A stretch of DNA of 32,000 bases from Zymomonas mobilis subsp. mobilis ATCC 10988 (GTDB lineage Bacteria; Pseudomonadota; Alphaproteobacteria; Sphingomonadales; Sphingomonadaceae). The position numbers were made by a program, and so were the translations under genes. The first letter of the stretch is position 1; each line of letters begins with the position of its first letter. The notes beneath the pieces were generated by a model. That model saw only the letters and a program-made list of their open reading frames with translations, ran no database searches and was not told where the DNA came from. The stretch spans positions 870,001 through 902,000 of the forward strand of contig NC_017262.1 in the NCBI RefSeq assembly GCF_000175255.2, read 5' to 3'. Positions 1-8,982 of the stretch are shown in pieces.

Positions 1-1196
1 CTCCGGCAATGGCGCAAACAATCCGCGTTGACCTCGACAAGCTAGATCGTCTCGTCAATCTTGTCGGTGAATTGGTCATTACGCAGGCGATGCTTGCCCA
101 ACGTTTGACGGATCAAGGTCTCTCCGGCTCTTCCGAATTAACCGACCTCGATCATCTGACCCGCGAATTGCAAGATAGTGCCATGTCCATCCGCGCCCAA
201 CCGATGAAAACGGTTTTCAGTCGAGTGCCGCGTATCATCCGTGAATTGGAAGGCGAAACAGGTAAAAAAGTCCGTCTTGATGTGATCGGGGAAATGACCG
301 AAGTTGATAAAACGGTTGTCGAACGCATCGGCGAACCACTGACCCATTTAATCAGAAACGCGGTCGATCACGGTCTGGAAACGCCTGAAGAACGGGTCGC
401 CGCTGGAAAGCCGCAAGAAGGCGTTGTCACCTTGGCCGCCGAACACCGCTCTGGCCGGATTATCATCCGTATTTCGGATGATGGTAAGGGGATGAACCGG
501 GCGCGTATTTTAGAAAAAGCAATCGAAAAAGGCATCGTCTCTCCCGATCAAACCTTGTCGGATGATGATATTGACAATCTGATTTTTGCCCCGGGATTTT
601 CGACGGCGGCGAAAGTCACCAATGTCTCCGGTCGTGGTGTCGGTATGGATGTGGTTCGCAAAAATGTTCAGGCCTTGGGCGGACGCATTAGTATCAATTC
701 TCGTCCGGGATTCGGATCGACCTTTACCTTAAGCCTTCCTCTCACCTTGGCGGTTTTGGATGGCATGATTGTCCAGGTCGGTGACCAGACCTTTGTTATT
801 CCGCTCGGCCATATTGTCGAAAGTCTGCAACCGAATGAAGGCGAAATCAGCGGCATCGGCACAACAGAAAAACTCTTAAATGTCCGCGGTGCCTATGTCC
901 CCATCCAGTCTATTGGGCGGGAATTATCGGTTGAAAATGCAGAATTAGATCCCTTCAAATCGGTTCTGATCGTGGTCGAATCCGATGGCGGTCAAGCCGT
1001 TCTGATGGTGGATCAAATCCTTGATCAACGGCAAGTCGTCGTCAAAAGCCTCGAGGCCAATTATCAGGCGATTGCCGGTCTGGCCGGTGCCACAATATTG
1101 GGTGATGGACGGGTCGCTTTAATTCTGGATGTCGATAGCTTGGTCGCCCGTTGGCGGCATGATCTCCATTCATCTTCTATCGGGATGGCTGCGTGA
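1..1196 (+). CDS. cheA: Chemotaxis histidine kinase CheA, C-terminal part (5' end outside the window)
   Basis: ORF 9..1196 stays open upstream of its first Met to base 3. Translation shows a dimerisation segment (IRVDLDKLDRLVNLVGELVI), HATPase boxes (HLIRNAVDHG, DDGKGM, GRGVGMDVV) and a C-terminal CheW-like domain. cheR and cheB follow directly. Confidence 0.93.
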   Translation, partial: PAMAQTIRVDLDKLDRLVNLVGELVITQAMLAQRLTDQGLSGSSELTDLDHLTRELQDSAMSIRAQPMKTVFSRVPRIIRELEGETGKKVRLDVIGEMTEVDKTVVERIGEPLTHLIRNAVDHGLETPEERVAAGKPQEGVVTLAAEHRSGRIIIRISDDGKGMNRARILEKAIEKGIVSPDQTLSDDDIDNLIFAPGFSTAAKVTNVSGRGVGMDVVRKNVQALGGRISINSRPGFGSTFTLSLPLTLAVLDGMIVQVGDQTFVIPLGHIVESLQPNEGEISGIGTTEKLLNVRGAYVPIQSIGRELSVENAELDPFKSVLIVVESDGGQAVLMVDQILDQRQVVVKSLEANYQAIAGLAGATILGDGRVALILDVDSLVARWRHDLHSSSIGMAA

Positions 1197-2065
1197 CCCT
1201 CACTACAGACACAAAAAACGCCCTACCTTCAGAAAGACGGGAATTCGAATATACGCTGAAAGATTTCGAGAAAGTCCGCGATCTCGTTTATCAGAATGCC
1301 GGTATTACGTTACAGTCCAGCAAAACCAATCTGGTCTATTCCCGTCTTTCGAAACGCTTGCGTGCCTGCGGGATGCAACGTTTCAAAGACTATCTCACCT
1401 ATCTCGATGAAAACGAGGAAGAAAGAACGCGGGCAGTCACTTCGCTGACCACCAATCACACCAGTTTTTTTCGAGAAAAGCATCATTTCGACCATTTGGT
1501 GAATGAAGTCTGGCCGGCGCTTAAAAAGAAACTGGAATCTGGTGGCCGTGTCCGTATCTGGTCAGCGGGTTGCTCCAGCGGTGAAGAACCTTATACCCTT
1601 GCCATGGCGCTTGCAGGTACCGATCGGAATTTGCCTCGCTGGTTGCTCAAACATGACTTCCGCATTTTGGCATCGGATTTGGCTCCGCATGTGCTGGCAA
1701 CGGCACGCGCTGGCCGTTATCCGAACAGCATTGCAGAATCCATTCCAGCCAGCCTTCGCAATCTCTGGATGACAGCCGATGGCGACTCCATGGTTGTTAA
1801 TCCGATCTGCCAACAACTCATTGCCTTTAGAGAATTGAATCTGCTTGGCACATGGCCAATGCGGCATCAATTTGATGTTATTTTTTGCCGGAATGTCATG
1901 ATTTATTTCGACGAGCCGACAAAAAGCACGCTTTTTCAGAATTTTTCCAAAAAATTAGTAACTGGCGGCTATCTCTATATCGGCCATTCTGAACGCCTTG
2001 TTGGCAAAGCCTCACAGGACTTTGTCTCCAAAGGACAAACTATTTATCAAAAGAGATCGATGTGA
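1193..2065 (+). CDS. cheR: Chemotaxis protein methyltransferase CheR
   Basis: 290-aa ORF with a GTG start overlapping the cheA stop by 4 nt (GTGA). SAM-binding motif IWSAGCSSGEEPYTLAM and a C-terminal CRNVMIYF block typical of CheR. Confidence 0.93.
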   Translation: MTLTTDTKNALPSERREFEYTLKDFEKVRDLVYQNAGITLQSSKTNLVYSRLSKRLRACGMQRFKDYLTYLDENEEERTRAVTSLTTNHTSFFREKHHFDHLVNEVWPALKKKLESGGRVRIWSAGCSSGEEPYTLAMALAGTDRNLPRWLLKHDFRILASDLAPHVLATARAGRYPNSIAESIPASLRNLWMTADGDSMVVNPICQQLIAFRELNLLGTWPMRHQFDVIFCRNVMIYFDEPTKSTLFQNFSKKLVTGGYLYIGHSERLVGKASQDFVSKGQTIYQKRSM

Positions 2066-3120
2066 CTGTCAAAGTACTTATCGTCGATGACTCGCCAACA
2101 ATGCGTGCTATCCTATCCATGATGATTTCGTCAGATCCGGAAATCGAAGTCGTCGGCAAAGCAGACTGTCCCTCTACAGCCCGCCAGATGATTAAAGAAC
2201 TCAATCCCGATGTCATGACGCTGGATATTGAAATGCCGGGCATGGACGGATTGGATTTTCTTGAAAAGGTGATGCGGCTGCGTCCGATGCCCGTCATCAT
2301 GGTCTCGGCCTTAACCGCGGCAGGTGCCGAAGCCACCTTAAAGGCTATGGAATTAGGTGCCTTTGACTGCTTTGCCAAACCTGCGCTCGGCTTTGCCTCT
2401 GATAAAAGTCAAAGCCAGACGTTAATCAGCATGATCAAGGCCGCTGCCAAAAACGGAGGCCATCGCCCACTTTCTTTCCGCAACCGTTCGGCCTCTGCCC
2501 AAAATGCAGCGCCCGCTCCATCAAGTGTTGCTTCCGGCTATCGTCCGAAACCGGGCAGCATCATTGCTATCGGTGCTTCAACTGGCGGTGTCGAAACGCT
2601 GTTAGCTTTGCTGAAAGATTTTCCGGCCAATTGCCCGCCGACTTTGATCGTGCAGCATATGCCTCCTTTATTCACAGCGAGCTTTGCGAACCGTCTTGAT
2701 CGAATGTGTCCTCCCAAGGTGTCCGAAGCCAAAACTGGTGATCCTTTGACACCGGGGCATATTTACATCGCTCCGGGTGGGGAACGCCATCTTGAATTCC
2801 AAAATGCTGCCCATGGACCGCGCTGTCTCTTGGTCTCCGATGAGCCGATGTCGGGTCATCGCCCTTCAGTCGATAGATTATTCTTATCGGTTGCCAAAAA
2901 TTGCGGTCGTCGAGCAATCGGTATTATTCTGACCGGTATGGGACAAGATGGTGCGATGGGACTGAAAGCCATGCGCGATACAGGTTCCTTTACCATTGGA
3001 CAGGATGAAGAAAGCTGCGTTGTTTACGGAATGCCCGCTGCGGCTTATCGTATGGGCGCCGTTGAAAGCCAACTGCCCTTATCCCGTATTGCCGCCAAAG
3101 CGTTGGAGGCCTGCGCCTAA
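2062..3120 (+). CDS. cheB: Chemotaxis response regulator protein-glutamate methylesterase CheB
   Basis: 352-aa ORF with a GTG start overlapping the cheR stop by 4 nt. Receiver domain (VLIVDDS, DIEMPGMDG). Esterase catalytic motifs GASTGG, VQHMPP, GMGQDG. Confidence 0.95.
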   Translation: MTVKVLIVDDSPTMRAILSMMISSDPEIEVVGKADCPSTARQMIKELNPDVMTLDIEMPGMDGLDFLEKVMRLRPMPVIMVSALTAAGAEATLKAMELGAFDCFAKPALGFASDKSQSQTLISMIKAAAKNGGHRPLSFRNRSASAQNAAPAPSSVASGYRPKPGSIIAIGASTGGVETLLALLKDFPANCPPTLIVQHMPPLFTASFANRLDRMCPPKVSEAKTGDPLTPGHIYIAPGGERHLEFQNAAHGPRCLLVSDEPMSGHRPSVDRLFLSVAKNCGRRAIGIILTGMGQDGAMGLKAMRDTGSFTIGQDEESCVVYGMPAAAYRMGAVESQLPLSRIAAKALEACA

Positions 3121-3141
3121 CAGCGAAAAAGGCAAAATGCT

Positions 3142-3693
3142 GTGGCCGAAACAACTATGAAAATTAATATCAATAATTTCAAACGCATTGATGTCATGCA
3201 GGGAGAAAAACAAGTCTCTAGTGAAGACGATGTTGTCTTCTCGACGGTATTGGGTAGTTGCATCGCCGCTTGTCTTTACGACCCCATCGCCAAAATCGGT
3301 GGCATGAATCATTTCCTGCTGGCCGAACCCAGTGGCAGCGATCACGACCCTAATTCACTTAAACGATACGGGGTTTACGCTATGGAAGTGCTCATCAATG
3401 CGATGCTTGCCAAGGGCGCGCATCGTAACCGCCTTCGCGCCCGCCTTTATGGCGGGGCAACCATGCGAAGCGGTTTCGGGGATATCGGTATTAAAAATGC
3501 TGAATTTGCCCGCCGATTTCTTCAAGACGAACATATTCTTCTTAATGCAGAAGATATTGGAGGCACCACCGCAAGACGGGTAGATTTCTGTCCGGCTTTG
3601 GGGCTTGCCCGTTGTCGCCATGTCGAAAACCAAAGACCGGTCGAAAGACTGGAAGTGGTTCCCGACAAAGCAGGGGATGTTACCTTTTTCTGA
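3142..3693 (+). CDS. cheD: Chemoreceptor glutamine deamidase CheD
   Basis: 183-aa ORF with the CheD signature VLGSCIAACLYDP..GGMNHFLL. GTG 3142 is preceded by AAGG about 10 nt upstream. An in-frame ATG at 3157 is an alternative start. Confidence 0.87.
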   Translation: MAETTMKININNFKRIDVMQGEKQVSSEDDVVFSTVLGSCIAACLYDPIAKIGGMNHFLLAEPSGSDHDPNSLKRYGVYAMEVLINAMLAKGAHRNRLRARLYGGATMRSGFGDIGIKNAEFARRFLQDEHILLNAEDIGGTTARRVDFCPALGLARCRHVENQRPVERLEVVPDKAGDVTFF

Positions 3694-3837
3694 TATTACT
3701 TTTTACAAAGCGATATCCTATATTCGGCTTCATTCAGCGATTTATCCGCTTTTGTTACTCAAGACATCGGGTCATTTTTGAATAAAGGCTCTGGGAATAC
3801 AGATTTTTGAGTGAAGGCTAGTTTTCAGGAATATATC

Positions 3838-4203
3838 ATGGCTCAAACGATAATGACTGTTGATGATTCACCCAGTATGCGGATGCTGCTTCGGGCAGCG
3901 CTTGGCAAAATGGGATATACAATCATCGAAGCCGAAGATGGCATTGATGCGATGGAGAAATTAAGCAATAATCGTCCCGATTTGCTTATCACCGACATCA
4001 ACATGCCGCGTATGGATGGCTTTGGCCTGATCGAAAGCGTGCGACAGGATGACAGCTGGCGCAATATGCCGATCTTGGTTCTCACAACCGAAACCTCGGA
4101 TGAGAAAAAACAACGGGCAAGAATTGCCGGTGCCACCGGATGGATTGTTAAACCTTTCAGCCCCGATAAATTGGCAGCGGCCATTCGACGGGTGCTTCAT
4201 TAA
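3838..4203 (+). CDS. cheY: Single-domain chemotaxis response regulator CheY
   Basis: Receiver domain (MTVDDS, LLITDINMPRMDG, VLTTE, IVKPF). ATG 3838 has AGGA 8 nt upstream. The ORF track starts earlier at GTG 3811, which has no good RBS. Confidence 0.9.
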   Translation: MAQTIMTVDDSPSMRMLLRAALGKMGYTIIEAEDGIDAMEKLSNNRPDLLITDINMPRMDGFGLIESVRQDDSWRNMPILVLTTETSDEKKQRARIAGATGWIVKPFSPDKLAAAIRRVLH

Positions 4204-4349
4204 CATTTTCAGCTTATCAGCCGTTCCTTTTAAGGCGTTTGTTTCATTAAACTACCCTAATCGGCTTTACGATTTTATTTCGGGACACAAAGTTTTTCGG
4301 AAAAAATTTTTAACCATTTTTCAGGCGGTGAAAAAGGAGGCTCTTCATT

Positions 4350-4883
4350 ATGGGCGAAAATAAAAACGAGCTGATGGCAGGAAAAACAGAGAACACGGCT
4401 TTGCAAAATCAAGCCCATGATTGGCAGCATTCTTCCGGCGCGCGCCAGTTAATCACTTTCCATATCGGGGAACAGTTTTTCGGGGTGGATATAATGGCTA
4501 TCCGCGAAATTCGGGCATGGTCACCAGCTACCAATTTGCCGAATGTTCCCAATTATGTTCGCGGTGTTGTTAATCTTCGCGGCGTAGTGCTTCCGGTCTT
4601 CGATCTCCGCCAACGGCTTGGCTGGGGCATGACCGAACCGACGGCACGCCATGTCATTATCGTTGTCCAAATCGGGGAACAGTTGCAAGGCCTGATTGTC
4701 GATGCCGTCAATGACATTGTGACCGCACGTCATGAAGATTTGCAACCGGTGCCGGATGTCGGGGAATCCACAGCGGCACGCTTCTTGGAAGGTCTGGTCA
4801 CGATTGATGACCGGATGATTATGGTTCTCGCTTTGGATCGCCTGCGCGAAAACGGCTTGCCGATACCGGATCAGGCCGAATAG
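4350..4883 (+). CDS. cheW: Chemotaxis coupling protein CheW
   Basis: 177-aa ORF with a strong RBS (AAAGGAGG) 8 nt upstream of the ATG. CheW-like core (LITFHIGEQFFGVDIMAIREI, NLRGVVLPVFDLR). Confidence 0.9.
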   Translation: MGENKNELMAGKTENTALQNQAHDWQHSSGARQLITFHIGEQFFGVDIMAIREIRAWSPATNLPNVPNYVRGVVNLRGVVLPVFDLRQRLGWGMTEPTARHVIIVVQIGEQLQGLIVDAVNDIVTARHEDLQPVPDVGESTAARFLEGLVTIDDRMIMVLALDRLRENGLPIPDQAE

Positions 4884-4917
4884 GCAAGATTGCGACGATT
4901 CAGGATAAAAAGTAACC

Positions 4918-4956
4918 AGAGGGCGGCGAAATTAACGTCGCCCTCTTTCGGCTTTT
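4918..4956 (+). terminator. Rho-independent terminator closing the che operon
   Basis: AGAGGGCGGCG (4918..4928) pairs with CGTCGCCCTCT (4936..4946): 11 bp including one G-U, with a 7-nt loop AAATTAA. It is followed by TTCGGCTTTT and lies 35 nt after the cheW stop. Confidence 0.7.
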
Positions 4957-4980
4957 CAACTGTTTGGCTATAGCTTTTTT

Positions 4981-6318
4981 ATGAACCGACCTTCTTTAAA
5001 GCATTTTTACATCAAATCCTTTGGCTGCCAGATGAATAGCTATGACGGCGAAAGGATGTCCGAATTATTGGAATCCCAAGGGATGAAAGCGGCAGAAGAG
5101 GCGGCCACTGCCGATCTTGTCGTGCTCAATACCTGCCATATCCGCGAGAAAGCGGCGGAAAAGGTTTATTCCGAAATCGGTCGGTTAAGACGCCCCGACG
5201 GCTCTTCTCCGATGATTGCTCTCGCCGGATGCGTTGCACAGGCCGAGGGTGCCGAAGTGCTGGCCAGAACCAAGATGGTCGATATCGTGGTCGGGCCCCA
5301 AGCCTATCACCATTTACCTGAATTGATCGAGAAAGCCGCTTCGGGCAAAGTCGTTGATATCGACATGCCGCTTGAATCCAAATTCGATGCGCTTCCCGAA
5401 AGACGGCAAGTCGGGGCAAGTGCCTTTCTGACGGTGCAGGAAGGCTGCGATAAATTCTGCACCTATTGCGTGGTGCCTTATACCCGAGGGGCAGAAGTCT
5501 CACGCCCATGGTCACGCATTGTCAAAGAAGCCCATGCTTTGGTTGATAAAGGCGCAAGAGAAATCACGCTTTTAGGTCAAAATGTTAACGCGTGGACAGG
5601 CGAAGACGAAGCCGGACGTAGCCAAGGCCTCGATGGTCTTATTCGCGCCTTGGCTAAAATCGACGGACTAGAACGGATTCGTTACACCACCAGCCATCCC
5701 AATGATATGACAGAAGGCTTGATCGAAGCGCATGGCGAAATCGACAAGCTGATGCCTTTCTTACATCTTCCGGTGCAATCCGGCAGTAACCGGATTCTCA
5801 AGGCAATGAACCGCGCGCATACGGCGGAAAGTTATCTTACCTTGATGAACCGATTGAAAGAGGTTCGCCCTGACATCGCCCTTTCCGGTGATTTCATTGT
5901 CGGCTTCCCCGGTGAAAGTGAAGAAGATTTTCAGGCCACTTTGGATTTGATTTCAGAAGTCGGCTATTCTTTGGCCTTCAGCTTTGCCTACAGCCCTCGC
6001 CCCGGCACACCGGCTGCCGATATGGACAATCAGATTGATCCTGAAATCAGCCGCGAACGTCTGCAAAGATTGCAAGCCTTGCTTAATCAGCAACAATTCG
6101 ATTTCAATCAGCAGACGATAGGCCGGAAAGCCACTGTCCTGATCGAACGGAAAGGCAAGAAAGCAGACCAGATGATCGGCAAATCACCATGGCTGCAATC
6201 GGTCATTATCGAAGCGCCAGTGGCGATTGGCGACCTTGTCGAGGTCACTTTGACGGATGCCGGCCCCAACAGCGTGAAAGGCCAATTTCTCGATCAAAAG
6301 CAGTTTGCCACGGCCTAG
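4981..6318 (+). CDS. miaB: tRNA-i6A37 methylthiotransferase MiaB (radical SAM)
   Basis: 445-aa ORF. N-terminal UPF0004 motif (FYIKSFGCQMNSYD), radical-SAM CDKFCTYCVVP (CxxxCxxC), C-terminal TRAM-like segment. Confidence 0.95.
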   Translation: MNRPSLKHFYIKSFGCQMNSYDGERMSELLESQGMKAAEEAATADLVVLNTCHIREKAAEKVYSEIGRLRRPDGSSPMIALAGCVAQAEGAEVLARTKMVDIVVGPQAYHHLPELIEKAASGKVVDIDMPLESKFDALPERRQVGASAFLTVQEGCDKFCTYCVVPYTRGAEVSRPWSRIVKEAHALVDKGAREITLLGQNVNAWTGEDEAGRSQGLDGLIRALAKIDGLERIRYTTSHPNDMTEGLIEAHGEIDKLMPFLHLPVQSGSNRILKAMNRAHTAESYLTLMNRLKEVRPDIALSGDFIVGFPGESEEDFQATLDLISEVGYSLAFSFAYSPRPGTPAADMDNQIDPEISRERLQRLQALLNQQQFDFNQQTIGRKATVLIERKGKKADQMIGKSPWLQSVIIEAPVAIGDLVEVTLTDAGPNSVKGQFLDQKQFATA

Positions 6319-6426
6319 ATTCCTTGGCGGATGAAACGCCCGATTTCGATGGTTTCCTTGTCACAGGAAATAGTCTAGCATCACCAGAGCCACGCCTTCC
6401 AAAGGGCGACGATATAGGGAAAAAGA

Positions 6427-7518
6427 ATGGCGCGCAAAATGGTGCAGGCTCAGGCCGGTGATCTTGCCCGACTTGAGCTTATTTTTGATAAGCCTCAACT
6501 ATTAGGCCGTCTCTTTGGTGAATATGACCAAAATCTAGTAACTATTGAAAACCGTCTCGGCGTTTACATCGCCGCCAGAGGGAATCGTTTGCAAATCGAG
6601 GGTGAAGCCACCCATGCGGCACGCGCCCGCGAAGTGCTGACCAGCATTTATAACCGGATTATCCAAGGGCAGGAACTGGATACAGGTGCCGTAGAAGCCT
6701 TTATCGCGATGTCCTCCGATAATTCGATGGAGGGCATTATGCGAACCGATCAAGGCCATGCACCGGAATTGTCCATTCGGACGCGGAAAAAGACGATTAT
6801 TCCGCGCTCGGCGACCCAGATTCGCTATATGGAGCAACTCAAGTCAAAAGATATTATCTTTGCGCTTGGGCCCGCTGGTACCGGCAAGACCTATCTTGCG
6901 GTGGCACAGGCCGTGCAACAGATGATCCAAGGCTCGGTTGATCGCCTCATTCTCTCCCGTCCCGCGGTCGAAGCCGGAGAAAGGCTCGGATTCCTGCCCG
7001 GTGATATGAAGGAAAAGGTCGATCCTTATCTCCGGCCGCTTTATGATGCCCTTTACGATATGCTACCGGCGGAACAGGTCGAACGTCGCCTTGAAAATGG
7101 CGAAATCGAAATTGCGCCCTTGGCCTTCATGCGGGGACGGACGCTTTCCGATGCCTTTGTTATCCTTGATGAAGCGCAAAATACCACACCAGCACAAATG
7201 AAAATGCTTTTGACCCGCTTCGGAATGAACAGCCGAATGGTCGTTTGCGGGGACCCATTACAGGTCGATTTACCCAATCCCGGAAAATCTGGCCTTGCCG
7301 ATGCGGTGCGCCGCCTTGAAAATGTCGATGGTATCGGTATTACCCGCTTCACCGTACAAGATGTTGTCCGTCATCCTTTGGTTGGACGCATTGTTGATGC
7401 CTATGAAAATACGCCGATAGGCCGCGCTCGTTTAGCCATGCTCGAACAAAATCCGGCGACGGTTGACATAAGCGCCCTTGAAAACCCACCAGAAGAGACC
7501 CCTGATGATAACGGTTGA
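6427..7518 (+). CDS. phoH: PhoH-like ATPase (YbeZ)
   Basis: 363-aa ORF with Walker A GPAGTGKTYLA, Walker B FVILDEAQN and LSRPAVEAGE..GFLPGD, typical of the PhoH family. RBS GGGAAAAAG upstream. Confidence 0.92.
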   Translation: MARKMVQAQAGDLARLELIFDKPQLLGRLFGEYDQNLVTIENRLGVYIAARGNRLQIEGEATHAARAREVLTSIYNRIIQGQELDTGAVEAFIAMSSDNSMEGIMRTDQGHAPELSIRTRKKTIIPRSATQIRYMEQLKSKDIIFALGPAGTGKTYLAVAQAVQQMIQGSVDRLILSRPAVEAGERLGFLPGDMKEKVDPYLRPLYDALYDMLPAEQVERRLENGEIEIAPLAFMRGRTLSDAFVILDEAQNTTPAQMKMLLTRFGMNSRMVVCGDPLQVDLPNPGKSGLADAVRRLENVDGIGITRFTVQDVVRHPLVGRIVDAYENTPIGRARLAMLEQNPATVDISALENPPEETPDDNG

Positions 7519-8035
7519 AGCCGATATATCCGATTTATGGCCAGAGCAAAGTAACTGGGAGGCTCTGGCACAAACCGCCTGCCAACAGGCCGTTTCTGTA
7601 AGTGCCTCCGATTTTCTTCTTGCCAAAGACTATGAAACCGAAATTTCGGTATGCTTTTCTGATAATGACACGGTTCACGCGCTGAATAAAACATGGCGCG
7701 ATAAAGACCGCCCGACCAATGTGCTTTCTTTTCCGATGATGGAAGCCGAAGAACTCGCAGAAATCAAAAACAGGGTGGGTTCCGAATGCCTGCTTGGCGA
7801 TATCATTCTTGCCTTTGATGTCGCGAAAAAAGAAGCCTTGGAAAAGGGCATTTCACTTGAAAATCACGTTACTCATTTAATTACCCATGGCACCCTTCAC
7901 TTATTAGGCTATGACCATATCTTGGACAATGAAGCCGAAATAATGGAAGATTTGGAAAGAAAAGCCTTGGCTCAACTCGACATTCCTGACCCCTATTCAG
8001 ATCATGAAACGGGCAAGGAAGGTCTTGACGGATAG
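7505..8035 (+). CDS. ybeY: Endoribonuclease YbeY (16S rRNA maturation)
   Basis: Zinc motif HLITHGTLHLLGYDH (HxxxHxxxxxH). ATG 7505 (MITVEADI..) overlaps the phoH 3' end by 14 nt. The ORF track's earlier ATG 7478 would overlap by 41 nt. Confidence 0.88.
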   Translation: MITVEADISDLWPEQSNWEALAQTACQQAVSVSASDFLLAKDYETEISVCFSDNDTVHALNKTWRDKDRPTNVLSFPMMEAEELAEIKNRVGSECLLGDIILAFDVAKKEALEKGISLENHVTHLITHGTLHLLGYDHILDNEAEIMEDLERKALAQLDIPDPYSDHETGKEGLDG

Positions 8036-8089
8036 AACAAGTCCATTCACTCTATTACCCACCAATCAAGCGGAGATAACGCGCGGGAG

Positions 8090-8974
8090 ATGTCTGAAGA
8101 TTCCAGTACCGACAACGGAGGCGGCTTGTGGCGCGGCCTTCGTAATTTCCTTTTCCACGAAGAAAAAGAACCCACTCTACGCGAAGTCATTGAAAAAGCG
8201 ATCGAAGAACACGAGCATGACGCGCCTGATCGCGATGACCTATCCCCGATAGAAAGACGGATGCTCCGTCGCCTGTTACATTTTGGTCGCCGGTCAGCCG
8301 GAGATGTCGGCACACCTCGCGCCGATATTGTCGCGGTTCCCGACGATATTAACGGGCAAGACCTGATCGCTGCTTTTGCCAATAGTGGCCTCAGTCGCCT
8401 TCCGGTTTATAAAGAAACCTTGGATGATATTATTGGCATGTTGCATGTCAAAGATATCTTCAGCCTGATGGCCGAAGGCCAAAGGGATAATTTCGATTTA
8501 AAATCGCTACTCCGCCAACCTCGCTATGTCCCAGAAACTATGGGTGTGCTTGATCTGTTGGCTGAAATGCGGGCAACCCGTACCCATATGGCGATTGTCT
8601 TGGATGAATATTCCGGCACCGAAGGTCTGATTACCATCGAAGATCTGGTCGAAGAAATCATCGGCGACATCGAAGACGAACATGACGAAGCCCCAACCGC
8701 GCTTCTGACCTCGCGTCCTGACGGTATTTGGGAAGCCGAAGGCCGGACAGAATTAGAAGACATCGCGGAATGGATTGATCCCCATCTCAGCGAAGTTGAA
8801 GAAGATGTCGATACCATCGGCGGGCTTGCGACTGTTTTGGCCGGACATGTTCCACAACGGGGCGAAATCTTGGAACATCCCAGCGGTTGGCGCATTGAAA
8901 TTCTGGCCGGAGACAGTCGCCATGTCGAACGCGTCAGACTTTACCCTCCTAAAAAGAATCCGGATGAGGATTAA
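8090..8974 (+). CDS. corC: CorC/YbeX-type CBS-pair plus CorC_HlyC domain protein (Mg/Co efflux-associated, hemolysin-C-like)
   Basis: 294-aa ORF. Tandem CBS-like segments are followed by a CorC_HlyC-like C-terminus (DTIGGLATVLAGHVPQRGE..GWRIEIL). No DUF21 membrane domain. Position after ybeY matches the conserved ybeZ-ybeY-ybeX order. Confidence 0.86.
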   Translation: MSEDSSTDNGGGLWRGLRNFLFHEEKEPTLREVIEKAIEEHEHDAPDRDDLSPIERRMLRRLLHFGRRSAGDVGTPRADIVAVPDDINGQDLIAAFANSGLSRLPVYKETLDDIIGMLHVKDIFSLMAEGQRDNFDLKSLLRQPRYVPETMGVLDLLAEMRATRTHMAIVLDEYSGTEGLITIEDLVEEIIGDIEDEHDEAPTALLTSRPDGIWEAEGRTELEDIAEWIDPHLSEVEEDVDTIGGLATVLAGHVPQRGEILEHPSGWRIEILAGDSRHVERVRLYPPKKNPDED

Positions 8975-8982
8975 AGCCCTTT

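Noticed and set aside
3694-4349. Shared short motifs in the two che spacers: TCGGCTT..CGATTT at 3724 and 4261, and TTTTCAGG at 3820 and 4318. Also a possible sigma-28 -10-like GCGATAT at 3709
   Set aside because: These are only 6-8-mers with different spacing to the start codons. No TAAA -35 partner is found at the right distance. This is compatible with chance.
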